Origin: Eledone cirrhosa
Lineage: Eukaryota
Length of the DNA: 64,000 nt
Reading direction: 5' to 3'
Assembly: GCA_964016885.1 (NCBI GenBank)
Contig: OZ024742.1
Location: forward strand, 31,248,001 to 31,312,000
How positions within the stretch are numbered: the first letter of the stretch is position 1; each line of letters opens with the position of its first letter. The notes under the pieces are model-generated. The model was not told where the DNA came from. It saw only the letters and a program-made list of their open reading frames with translations, and did no database searches. The translations under genes were made by a program, and so were the position numbers. Of this stretch, positions 13,436-26,207 are shown piece after piece.

Positions 13436-13659
13436 ATCATATATATATATATATATATATATAAAGATCATATAAAGATCATATATATATATATGTATTA
13501 GGATTGGTGCTCTGAAATAGCGATGTATACATGAATGTATGTATAGTATATTTGGCAATATACCGTATGTTTAATTAAAAACATTTAGAAGACCATACGC
13601 TATCAATTTTAAAGTAGTGACTATGTCACTTACTTCTTCTCGGCGAAAGAAGGGAGAGA

Positions 13660-13701
13660 AGCTGACAGTCTGTTTCACGCTGGTTGGCGTTCATCAGAGC
13701 C
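13660..13701 (-). ncRNA. Intact minimal type I hammerhead ribozyme motif (GUC site)
   Basis: Minus strand: ggct-CTGATGA-acgc-caacca-gcgt-GAAA-CAG-A-CTG-TC-agct; the host repeat is homologous to 51250-51500. Confidence 0.8.
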
Positions 13702-14008
13702 ACGCACTCCCCTGCATCCGCCGAAAATTATAGAAGCTGGATTCTTATATATGTATGTGTGTGTATATATCATCATCATCATCAGGTCGAGCTTGCTCGG
13801 CCTTCTACGACACGTTTCCTCCCATCATCTCTGTCTCTCATAGCGTTTGCCAGTTCTTCCGCAGTGCATCCAGTATCGTCCTCAAGCTGCTTGACGTATA
13901 TATATATATATATATATATATAGTAATAATAATAAAATTGAAGACTAAAATCCAAAGAGGGCTCGATAAGGATAAATATATATCAAATATATAAGAACCG
14001 TAGAGCAA

Positions 14009-14324
14009 ATATTTATTAAATAACAGATTAAAGTTTAAGCAAAGAATCGCTGCTTTCACCCTTAACGGGATCTTCTGAAACTAACAAAGTCAATCTGTAA
14101 ACGCAGAACTGGATATTTCAAAAAACGTTGCAACCGGAGGAAGACAGGAAGACGATACGTTTCCACGAACCAAAGTATCGTCTTCCTGTCTTCCTCCGGT
14201 TGCAACGTTTTTTGAAATATCCAGTTCTGCGTTTACAGATTGACTTTGTTAGTTTCAGAAGATCCCGTTAAGGGTGAAAGCAGCGATTCTTTGCTTAAAC
14301 TTTAATCTGTTATTTAATAAATAT
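14009..14324. repeat. Apparently perfect 150-bp inverted repeat (16-bp spacer) carrying variant hammerheads at 14032-14082 (-) and 14251-14301 (+)
   Basis: Arms 14009-14158 and 14175-14324 are reverse complements by eye. Confidence 0.85.
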
Positions 14325-14544
14325 ATATATATATATAAAGATTTACATATACACAAACTAGACAAAGTCACAGATATATGTGTTTTAGCAACCATTCACG
14401 ATGTATGGTGTATATATATTATCAAATGATTCTATGGACATACTTTATAGTATATATATATATATATATATATATACATACGCACATACATACATATACA
14501 TATATATATATATGCACACACACACACACATACACATACATACA

Positions 14545-14659
<115 letters not shown>

Positions 14660-14882
14660 ATATGGAGATGGTCTGCCGCCACAGCAATAACACCGAATTT
14701 TCGAGCCATATCCGAATTTAAATAAGTTCTCTAATCTCTGTGTTTGCCGTAATTCCTCTTATTGATTAACTAATTATGCAATTTCGCACATGATGATGTC
14801 GTCAGGGTCTTACGTGCCCAGGTCATTGAAATATATATAATGTGTTTTTGAAACATTAAAACTTTATATATATATATATATA

Positions 14883-16470
14883 ACTTTGATAGATTTCGGC
14901 CAGTATTGGCCCAGGCCATGTCTAAGTTAATAGCACCACCTGGCGAAGTCATACAAATCAGGGTTTGCGCACCATGGCCCACTCGAGCAGAGAGTTATTG
15001 TTTATGGAGACATATCCGGGTGTAGGAGGCTTATACGGGATTTCTTGAAGGAATTTGTCTAAAGACTTCTTGAACTTGATGGGGTCTGTTTCTGTTTTGA
15101 TGTGTTTTGGTGTAATGTTAAAGAGAGCAGGTGAAATTGAGGTGAAATAATTGGGCCGTATTGTTGTTATGAGATGCGAGTGAGATCGGACGGTAGTTCA
15201 CTGCAAGGGACTTATTTCCCTGAAGACTGGGACAATGGACTGGGACAGAACGTTTTCAGGAATATAGCTAGTATCCAGTGAGTTCCTCCACAGATTAGCA
15301 AGACGAGATGCAAGTTGGTGTCGACACACCTTCAGGACACAAGCAGGGAACCCGTCGGGGCCTACTGCTGAATTGTGTTTAGTTTCGTTTATTGCCGCTA
15401 AGACATCAGGGGCGCCAAACGTTATGTCTGATATAGTGTGTTGGGGATTAACATCACTGATACAGCCCAGATCGGCCATATCAGGATTGCTGAAAACAGA
15501 GCAGTATTGTTTCTGCAGTATCTCGCCCATGGTTTTGGTATTATCTTGGAGTGTGCCATTTTCATCAACTAGGGGGCCAACAGTGGAGACAGTGACCTTG
15601 TGTTTTTAAGCAAATGAAAAGAACACTTTGAGGTTGAGTTTAATTTTCTCAATGGCCCACCTCTCTTCAGCTGTTCTCTGGTTATTGATGATGGTCTTCA
15701 TGCATTGTTGGAGGTTATATTTTTTTTATTCAAGCAGGGCGATAGCCGTCGAATGTGTGTGTTGCTGTTGGCAGTATTTCAGTGTGTTAATTTTTTTGTT
15801 TGTTCTTTTTATTTTTCTGATAATTGTTTTTTCTGTTTTGAGGCACTTAGTTTTGTTCACAGGTTTTGGGGGAGTGTGTTTTGTAGATATATTTGTGACA
15901 GTGTCTACAAAGTTCTGCCAAGATGTTTTGATGCTGGTGGGAATGTGTGCGTGTATAAAAGACCAGTCAACATGTGATAGTTCTTTAATAATTGCATTCC
16001 AGTTGGCATTATAGAGATCCATGTTATCAAATGGGTGGGCTGGAATGGGGTCCCTAGGATTAGCTTTCCGCTGGTAGAATCTCAGGTTCAAGAGAATCAA
16101 GTCATGGTCTGAGAGAAGGGTTTTTTCCACTGTAGTATTATGTATAGTGTTAGTGTGGTTACTAAACACTAGATCCATAATGTTCTTCTGATGCCTCGTT
16201 GGTGCAAGGACAAGTTGGGACAAGAAAAACTCATTCATGAAGTAAAGAAGTGACTCGACTACTTCTTTGTCAGTGGTTGAGGTTGGGGTGCCTGGTTTCA
16301 AACTGCTTGGAGACCAATCGACACAGGGTGGATTAAAGTCTTCCATCAAAAGTATGTTGCTAGAATGGCACTGTTGAATAGAGCATTTAATGCTGTTGAG
16401 GCATTCTTTGAAGCAGATTATGGGTGTTTGAGGTGGCCTATAGTGCCCAACTAATATCAGGTCATTGGCA
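14883..16470 (-). mobile_element. CR1-group LINE remnant with internal deletion of the RT core
   Basis: EN motifs (EDFN, MDLVF, SDHDL), GPDGFPACVLK, NYRPISL joined directly to C-terminal YFTSISPALFN..FKKSLDKFL and the 3' UTR. Confidence 0.8.
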
Positions 16471-16697
16471 TATCAAAAGTATATATTGAGTTAGAAACTC
16501 AGAATAGTCTCTTACAATTAAAATAGCTCAAGGAAAAAAAATTTCCGAGCCTTATAATATAATTTAATATAATAAAGAGAGATAAAGACAGATATATACA
16601 TATATGTGTTCAAATCACCCTAGCGATTGAGGTCTCTTATGATTTGAACTCATATATGTATATAGGTGTGTTTATCTCTCTTTATTATATTAAATTA

Positions 16698-16772
<75 letters not shown>

Positions 16773-16822
16773 AGTATATATATATGTATATAAGTATATA
16801 TATATATATGTATATAAGTATA

Positions 16823-16911
<89 letters not shown>

Positions 16912-16913
16912 AG

Positions 16914-16948
<35 letters not shown>

Positions 16949-16988
16949 ATATATGTATATATATATATATGTATATAAGTATATATTA

Positions 16989-17033
<45 letters not shown>

Positions 17034-17517
17034 GTTTGTATGTATGTATGCATATGTGGATGATTCTTCTGTCATTTGGTAACAACGTCGACGGGGACAA
17101 AAATAACAAGGACGACGATGGTGACAATTTTGTAATCTAATTCTTCTTGTTTAGTTTTAGCCAAATCAAACGAAACCAGACCAGTTAAACTAAATTGTCC
17201 TTAATTTTTTGCACTAATTTTTTGTATTAATTACTCTGTTCTTGGTTAATAATGATGTCTATTTAATGAGGTCTGTGTGTGGGAAATATTTGCTGTAGTT
17301 ACATAATACCGCATTGATGGATATTTTATACTTTACAACAATTAATTCAATAAATTAGATGTCTGCAGCAATGTCTTACTTTCTGGTTTAAGGTTACAGT
17401 CAACCAGCATATTATCGCAGGGTAGTTTGACCACAAATGTATACATTACAGTGAAAGGAAATACGGTACATATACAGATGTGTGTGTGTGTGTGTGTGTG
17501 TGTATTGACACACACAC

Positions 17518-17565
<48 letters not shown>

Positions 17566-17641
17566 TCTGATCGATATCGAAACGAATATCGTATGCAATA
17601 CGAGTTATTTATAGTGCAACCTTGACTTCGTTCTGCTTAAT

Positions 17642-17700
<59 letters not shown>

Positions 17701-17831
17701 AGGGAGTGTAACGCGTAGTTACTGTAGGTTCACCCGGGTGAGCACTCGATGTTCACGCCAGTATAGAGGTATAGAGATAGATAATAAAATAAAACAAGGA
17801 CGTATATTCATTCTGTCATTACCACCAAAAA

Positions 17832-17916
17832 GGTCCGACGAGTCATTAATTACAGAGTCGGGCTATATCGATACAGATCGAACCTTGAGCTGATCAATAG
17901 CGAAACGCGCGTCACC
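17832..17916 (+). ncRNA. Hammerhead motif with CCGACGA core and palindromic loop GAAACGCGCGTC
   Basis: ggt-CCGACGA-g..ctgatcaatagc-GAAA-CGCGCG-TC-acc. Confidence 0.6.
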
Positions 17917-17922
17917 AACCAA

Positions 17923-18304
17923 TCTAAACTATAATAAAGTAAGGAGCGGGGAACTGGGTACGGTTTATAATTTTTTTATCCCATTAGTAAAATAAGTTGG
18001 ATTACTTTGAATAAATAATGAATGAATATTACATAATTTATCTACTAAATTTTGTGGCTATTGATTAAATATATTTTCTTTATTTAAAGATTTAGTTCTT
18101 TAAAATTTCTGAAATGTCAACACTTCCGGTTGGCCATCGCTTAAATAAACATATTATTCAATTTCAATTTCTATGTACTATATAGTGTCAATTACGATTT
18201 TATTTGATGTAACATATCTACATGTATATATACCTGCATATAATATCGATATACACACTACACATGCTAGCAGAAAACCACCCGTAGGGTGGTTTTTCAG
18301 CTAG
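17923..18304 (+). mobile_element. Non-autonomous Helitron
   Basis: 5' TC (A|TCTAAACTATAATAAAG), 3' hairpin AAAACCACCCGTAGGGTGGTTTT then CTAG|T, no TSD; partial inverted copy 18387-18478. Confidence 0.8.
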
Positions 18305-18340
18305 TAAACGTAATGAAGGAGCAACCACTCATCCTTGTTT

Positions 18341-18388
<48 letters not shown>

Positions 18389-18703
18389 TGGTTTTCTGCT
18401 AGCATGTGTAGTGTGTATATCGATATTATAAGCAGGTATATACACATGTAGATATGATACATCAAATAAAATCGTATACACACAAACACACAGCGTATAT
18501 ATATATATGTGTATAGATTCACGAGTTGTGTATGGAAGGGGTAACTACAGTTTAAAAGGTACTCAATACATTGGTAGAGTATATGCATCTTAATTATATA
18601 TAGAAATGACTTCTACAGGACTAGAACTGTTTCATTTGTATGAAATCATCCCGACGATTTCATACGAACGAAACAGTTCTAGTCATGTAGAAGTCATTTT
18701 TGT

Positions 18704-18741
<38 letters not shown>

Positions 18742-18802
18742 GAAAAAGAGTCAGGATCCCGACGGCTGAGCTCGGTCGGGCCGTTTTGACAGCTACATTC
18801 GA

Positions 18803-18884
18803 ACTGTGGTGGCCGAGTGGTTAAGGCGTTGGACTTGAAATCCAATGGGTATCACCCGCGCAGGTTAGAATCCTGCCCGCAGCG
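18803..18884 (+). tRNA. tRNA-Ser(TGA), probably a pseudogene
   Basis: 82-nt cloverleaf with long variable arm; D-arm TGGCCGAGTGGTTAAGGCG, anticodon arm TTGGA-CTTGAAA-TCCAA; T-loop mutated (TTAGAAT) and A1-C72 mismatch. Confidence 0.8.
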
Positions 18885-18888
18885 ACAT

Positions 18889-18990
<102 letters not shown>

Positions 18991-19202
18991 TATAGAGAGA
19001 GAGACAGAATGAGAGATAAAGTAAATAAATATGGAAATATTCTGACATTAATATGAAGGAATACATATCAAGAATTTCGATGTAATTTTTATTGTAAATA
19101 CATTTAAGCTAACTGACAGATATCCCAAACACAAACCATGTGTATTCTTTTACTGATGATGATGATGTTAAGAGTAATGATGATCATGATGATAATGATT
19201 TC

Positions 19203-19640
19203 TACTATGGGTACATGCCCAACACTTTTTGGGAGAAGAGAAAGTCGAGTAAATCGACCCCAGTTCATTACTGCTATTTTATTTTATAGACCCCGTAAGG
19301 ATAAAAGGCAAAGCTAATCTCGGCGGGATTTGAAATCAGAACGTAAAGGACCGTAACTCTATGCCACTAAGCAGGGTGTCCGACTCTCTATCGATACTGT
19401 CGCGCTTTAACCCCTTCAATAATAATAATAGTTTCTGATTTAGCACAAGACCAAACATTTTTTGGCGGAGGAGGGTGAAGTCGATTAAATTGGCCCCAGT
19501 GTATTACTGGTACTTTATTCTATCGACCCCGTAAGGATGAAAGGCAAATCTAACCCCATCGGGATTTGAACTCAGATCGTAAAGGATCGTAATTATATGT
19601 CGCAAAGCATGTGCGTCTCTCTACCGATTACTGCCAATCC
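19203..19640 (-). mobile_element. Two family A SINE copies
   Basis: Reverse complement of SINE body (GACCCCGTAAGGATRAAAGGCAAA, GGGATTTGAA) occurs twice. Confidence 0.8.
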
Positions 19641-20775
19641 ACCACCCAACCCTAACGTCTTTATAATATCAATGATACAACAATAACGACAGTGGGTTTT
19701 TTCTTCAATCCTTTAGTCAACATAGCAAAGTCTCTTTTATTACCTAAATTTCAGGATAACATTTATTGGTATTAGTTACATAACACTCCTATAACCACAG
19801 AAAAGTATTTACTTTCAGGAAATTATATAAAAATGTCCCTCAAACACCTGGACCACCCAACAGACAATAAATGGTTCAATAATAACAAAAAATTCAAAAT
19901 TCTTTTTAACAACAAGAAAAACAACAACAACAACAACAGCAACAACAACAACAACGGCAGCAGCAACAGCAACAACAGCAACACCAAGACAAACACTATC
20001 AACAACAAGACCAACAACAACAACAGCAGAAAATATTTGCCGTCAAGTATTCAGAGGTTTGTCAAATTCTCAACCAATACATAGTTCACATTTTCTACAT
20101 ATCTTCTGTCTCTATTCATACAGGTGTTGTTTACATGGTGTCGAATTGACCAGGTAAAAAAAAGTAGGAGAGGGGGAGGGGGGTGGGTGGGAGGAAATAT
20201 CTAAACATGTGAAATCCAGTCACATAATTAATTTGTTTTTTGCTTTGTTTTTTAAACATTTTTTTTCTAGCCTTTAATACTCCGTTGAACATTGAAAGCG
20301 AGAGAAAATATGAAGGGAAAAATGTAACTTTTTTTTTTTAGTACTGACATAACATCGTTACCTCCAATGATGCAGGCCTCGACGGTGTGTAGTGGTGGTG
20401 GTGATGGTGGTGGTGGTGGCGTTCTCTGTCGTGTGGTAGCCCATGTACAGGTAGTTTGGGAAAACGTTACTCTGGAAGATGGTAGTGAGACGCCTTGGAA
20501 TAACCATTCCTCCAGTTGTTCTACTGAAGCCTTGAAGTTGTATACCGTTACTTTAGGGTAGAGGAAGTGACATTTTTTTCCTAATATTTTTCAGCATCGG
20601 ATAAAATATCTGGCAAAGTTTATGTAGAAACCTTTACACTCCATTCTAGATATCTTCGGCGTTCACCAAGATATTGACATATTATGTATGCAAAAAGTAA
20701 ACAGAATAACAAAGCAAATGACACAGTACAATGAAGAAATATATTAGTTTAACGCTTGATATAGTAGTAAAACGG

Positions 20776-20811
20776 TCTTAAGGTTTCGAACATTAGTCCT
20801 TCATCAGAAGA
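20776..20811 (-). ncRNA. Minimal Penelope-type hammerhead motif (stem III mismatch)
   Basis: Minus strand: tctt-CTGATGA-aggactaatgttc-GAAACCTTA-aga. Confidence 0.55.
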
Positions 20812-20893
20812 TAGAATGAGAAATAGAAAGATAGAGAGTGTGAAGAGGAAGGAAAGAAAATTCTTTTTTGAGAAAAACACGTGTATTCAGTCA

Positions 20894-20955
<62 letters not shown>

Positions 20956-21995
20956 ATAACAAGATATCGTTGTAGGTAATCCGATTAGAGGTTGTGAATA
21001 CTTCTTATCATGGATAGTTTCAGCGTACGGCGTTGTATGACTTAACAAGAGGTTTACGTAGATGACGAGTTTATGATTTCACTTGTATTCCTATGTAAGT
21101 TTATCTTGGAGTAATAACATTGAAAAATATGGGTTTAAATCCTGCAAAAATCCACCAGGCAACCCACAACTTGATGCCTTTGAACTTGATCTCATGAACA
21201 TGATAAAAGAAATTAAATTCAAAAAACGAACCCATCACAACAAACTGCAAAATAACATCAATGTACTTATAAGAAAATTACTTGCCACTAATGGTATCAT
21301 TGTAAAGGCAGATAAAACATCTAATGTATACACCATGAGCCTTAATACATACAAAAACTTTATACGCCGGGAATTACATAAAAAATACAAGAAAACTACT
21401 GAGTCTGCACTCAATAGCATTAACAAAGAAGGTCTTAACATAGTAAAAAAAACTTAAAATATCCGATAGAACCGAACCTCTAACCCCTTGTGAACCCACT
21501 TTTATTCTAAAGGATCATAAATGTAACTTCGAAACTAACCCTACTATTAGATTAATATGTCCATCAAAATCAGATATAGTAAGTTTATACTAGATACCAC
21601 AATTTAAGGAACTACTAATAATCAATCTCTGGGGTAACACAAATGAAGCAATAGATTGGTTTAACACATTAGACAATAGAGAATCACCCGACTTTATACA
21701 ATTTGACATAAATGACTACTACTTTTCTATTTCCCCAGTTACCCTAAATAAGGCACTATCCTTTGCGCAAAAAATCTCTGATCTTTCAGCAGATGAAATT
21801 AAAATAATACTAGCCGCTAGAAGAACAATCATTAAATTCGGCAATAGCTACTGGGAGCGTAGAAATAGATAGAATAACTTCGATATAACTATGGGATCAA
21901 ACGACTCAGCCCAGATCACAGACCTGGCTGGAATTTATATAGCATATTTCTTACATAGAGAATTTGATAACCTACAAGGAGGAATCTATAGAGAC

Positions 21996-22640
21996 TGTAG
22001 TATTTTTTTGTGTAATGCTTGCATGCATTAACCTATTTCACCTCTATATTGTTCGTTTTGAAACCGGTTTCAACAACTTGTAAAGAGTACCTTGTAAGGC
22101 TTTGGCTTCATTGTTATATACTACAGGAATTTTTCTTGCACCAATTTACAACTTCTAGTTCCTCCATGCTATCGTTTATTTTACGATTTTTATTAAAAAT
22201 CTGGTCGGAGGTGATTGTAGTAACTATGGCGACAGTGTGTTGACTATAGCAACGCAGTGTCGCCACCTGTGGGTAACACAAACAAATAGCGAATTACTTC
22301 CCTTATCTCGGCGTTCTCTAAAAGAAGAGACACCAATGTAAAACTGAAGAGATTTGGTTTTCAATTCCAGTCGCCTTTGTCCTGCCACGTGGACGTACTT
22401 TGTAAAAACGCCTGTTTTTGACCAAGACATTTTCATATCTCTTCTTGAATGTAAGAATTAAGCCATTGCCGTTTAGCTTGCAGGGTATGTCCTATGAATG
22501 TAATTATTATGTTGTGTTTTGTTAAATGAATCATTTAATAAAAGATTAGCCTTGTTATCGAAAGCCCTTCTGTTTTAATTAATAATCTTAGAGAGATGAG
22601 ATGTCGTTCACACACCTGGACGATATATCATTTTTCTTTA
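21996..22640. mobile_element. 645-bp insertion, probable solo LTR, with 4-bp TSD AGAC
   Basis: AGAC at 21992-21995 and 22641-22644; starts TGTAGTA; internal AATAAA near 22537; removal restores TAT AGA GAC GAT (YRDD); ends TA rather than CA. Confidence 0.7.
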
Positions 22641-22773
22641 AGACGATACACTACTTTTAGCTAGAAAGTTAAATAGTCAAAACTTAGAAAGATTAAGGAA
22701 AAAGATTAGAAAATTCTTTAATGATTTAGGCCTTAGCATTACTTTTGAACCCAACTCTAAAAGAGTCAACTTC

Positions 22774-23985
22774 TTGGATGTATCGTTTAACCTTAACTCA
22801 GGACTAATAGAACCCTTCCATAAAAATAATGAAAATTTAGCTTACATTGACTATAACTCTAACCACCCTAGATCCATAATTAACTCCATAGCACATAGTA
22901 TATCCCTTAGAATATCGCGCCTATCTTCTAACCTGGAAATTTTTAATGAACACGCTAGCTACTACAACTTAGTTTTACTTAAGGCAGGCCATAAAGAGCG
23001 ACTCAAATACATACCAGATACAAAAAATAGCAACACACTTAATATTAATAATACTTTCCACACCCATAGAAACAACAAACCTAGGACTAAACGCAGAAAT
23101 TGGCAGCAAACACGTAGTTTAAATGAACAGAATGCTAATATAAAAACCACTAGTAACCATAGAAGATGCAGAAATAGAAACTACTTATGGTTTAATCCAA
23201 TGTTTAACTCTATTAAAACTAAGCTTCCTTTCACTTTCTTCAAATTAGTTGACAAACACTTCCCTAAAATACATAAATATCATAAAATCTTTAATAGAAA
23301 AACTATCAAACTATCATACTCCACTGCCAACAACATAGAATCGCACATTCATAAAATTAACTATAAAAGACTTTATAATTCAAGTAGCTCGCAAATAAGT
23401 ACCATAACACCAAATACAGTACATAAGCATATTACATCATCGCAACCAAACATACGCCAGAGCACACCACCACAATACATCAACAAACCCATTTCGCAGC
23501 CCATACATAACAATCTACAAAACCATATAGTAGAACCGGCGCATAGAAAAGCATCTAAATGTAACTGCCACCTACCTGGCAAATGCCCTTTACAAAACAG
23601 ATGCCTAGAGACAAATATAGTATATCTATGTACTATAAATTCAGGTAGCCTGGCATGGTATTACATTGGTTCCACAACTGGTGAATTTAAGAAAATGTGG
23701 TACGTACACAGACATTCTATGATTAACAAGAATCTATCGAATACAACAACTCTCGGCAACAAAATCTGGCAACTCAAAAATGCAAACATAGAATATGAGA
23801 TCAGCTGGACAAAACTGTCAAAAGCAAAGGCCTATCAGATTGGTATGTCCCACTGCAGTCTCTGTAATATGGAACTTTTCCAAATTCTAAATTTCAGCAA
23901 AACCCTTCTTAACAGTAGAATTGAGCGAATTATTTTTTGTCGACACAAATCAGCACCGAAATTCGAGAACTCTAGACCAACTTAA
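22774..23985 (+). pseudogene. Penelope RT thumb plus GIY-YIG endonuclease ORF remnant (403 aa)
   Basis: SNHP, LWFNP, LSYS, CNCHLPGKCPLQNRC linker, IVY..YIG, CSLC..LLNSR..CRH. Confidence 0.85.
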
Positions 23986-24474
23986 TTCCGACTTTTCTAT
24001 TCCTTATCCCTGATTATACCATTAGGATCTACTACGATATCACATCTTCACCTTTATATTTACCAAAGAACAACATCAAAACCTATTGTATTTACATTCT
24101 CATTTTATACACCTCTATCTTTCACCCTTTGTCTTTGCATTTCTCTACTTAAACCTATTTCATATCGATCATTTTATCTTATCATATAATACATCTTAAA
24201 CTAGTTAATTTACTTATTAAAATAACCAATACACACATAAATATATCCAATATTAACATATTTTCAACTTAACATCTATCTATATATTTAACAATCATCA
24301 AAAACTATTCCCAATAATATTAATAATATTAATATTATTCTTAATAGTCTCCGTACTCTTTTACACATTTATTTATTTATTTCTCATCTCTACTTTTCAC
24401 ATATTATACCGTTTTATATTACATTAGATGTAATTTATTTATTTACCTATCTATCTATATATTAATTTTTGTAT

Positions 24475-24513
<39 letters not shown>

Positions 24514-25076
24514 TTTGTTTCTATGCATATATCTCTATTTTTACTTGCATTCATTCTTGTATTAACGCATATTCATCTGTCCACCCCTCTTCCATCTTCT
24601 CTCCATCTTATTTCTGCTTGTCTTTATCTGCATTGCTCATCTGTCTCTCTCTGTCTTCACTTTTCTATCTTTCCTACGATCTCTCTGCTTGGGTATGTTT
24701 AGCTGTAATAACTTTTTCCCATTTTTCTTCCTTCTCCACCTCTTTTTCTTTTTTCTTTTTCCTTCTTCATGTTTCTCTGTCTCTTTCTCTTTTTTCCTTC
24801 TTCGTCTTTCTTTTTCCTTTCTACCTTTACTACATCTATCCCCCATCTTTTCTTTCTATCTTTATCTTTATTATTAATATTATTTTGATGTGATAATTTG
24901 AATTCGTAAATTTGCCGGTTACGCATATATTTCTCCTTCTTCTTTCTTCCTCCCTTCCTTTCCATCTGTCCCCGTCCCTTTGTTTCTCTCTATATCTTTA
25001 TTATTAATATTATTATTGATGTGGTGATTTGAATTTGTAAATTTGCTGGTTACGCATATGTTTTTATATTTTCTCT

Positions 25077-25185
25077 CAGTCTCCGAGGATATGATGAGGT
25101 TAACATGTATTTTAAATTGAGTGGCACTGCTTTCAGTGTTTAGCAATTTTTAGACAACTTTATCATTGAAACAATTGTTAGACTG
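25077..25185 (+). ncRNA. Hammerhead motif (CCGAGGA core, long stem II) in Penelope 3' end
   Basis: cagtct-CCGAGGA-tatgat..atcatt-GAAA-CAATTG-TT-agactg; 6-bp stem I. Confidence 0.65.
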
Positions 25186-25350
25186 TAAATAAATTTCCTT
25201 GTTTGTACTGTTGACCATGTTATTCTTCACTTTTTCAATTATATATATATATATATATATAAGTTTATTCCGGGTTCAATCGGGGGTAACCACAGTAAGT
25301 AAGGTACTCAATATATAGCAGAGTATAAATATTTAATATAATAATAATAT

Positions 25351-25425
<75 letters not shown>

Positions 25426-25664
25426 TAATAGAAAATGCTGACAAATTGTTCACAGTTGAAAAATGGTTTAATTAGGAATAAAAGAGTATTAGTGATTGTA
25501 TGGGTTAGTATTCAGTTGTGGTTTTAAGTTTTTAAGTTTTTACCGGTTGCGCATTTCTAAATGCTTTTCAAAAATAATTTTGAGATAGAGTGTCCGTGCT
25601 GTTTGCTCTGATCAGAGCAAACAGCACTGACACTCTATCTCAAAATTATATATATATATATAGG

Positions 25665-25848
25665 AAAATTTTTGACCCGAGCTCAAGCCGTTTCGACGGC
25701 TATTTCTGGACTGTCCAGAAATAGCCGTCGAAACGGCTTGATCTCTGCCGTCGGGGTAAAACATTTTCCTATTACCCACTCTACTACCCTAAGTATTGCG
25801 TACTCTGGTGCGTTATGGTCCACCTTGTTCCTTACCACACCTCCTTCG

Positions 25849-25850
<2 letters not shown>
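25665..25850 (+). mobile_element. Fold-back Penelope-type end fragment; homologue at 56689-56878 (opposite strand), stub at 18750-18796
   Basis: Palindrome CAAGCCGTTTCGACGGCTATTTCTGGAC..; retains hammerhead 3' half GAAACGG..CCGTC. Confidence 0.6.
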
Positions 25851-25945
<95 letters not shown>

Positions 25946-26207
25946 ATATAACGAATTTTCATTTTAAAATGTTTTTATTGCATATCGAGCGTTACATGTT
26001 TCTCAGATGATTGACTTGAGATCTTCAGCCATATTTATAACCTGATTGACCCTTTCCCCACTTTTTTCTGTTACTTATTATTTATTTATTCATTCATTCT
26101 TTATTTATTGCAGAGAGGATTCCTTTGTGTTTCAGTTTGAAGTACTGTGAACATTGCTGATGATATGTTACATTTCCAATGTCTCATTGCACACTGGTCT
26201 ATATTAG

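Larger units (their letters stand above)
20953..25240 (+). mobile_element. Penelope-like retroelement (RT + GIY-YIG endonuclease; possibly Naiad clade), decayed, flanked by (TA)n
   Basis: IVKADKTSN, FIQFDINDYY, FDITMGSNDSAQITDLAG, reconstructed GIYRDD, FLDVSFNL, IVY..YIGST GIY-YIG; hammerhead in 3' terminal region. Confidence 0.9.

Noticed and set aside
13085-13558. [12 protein letters not shown]-type ORFs here and throughout the window
   Set aside because: Dinucleotide microsatellite translations
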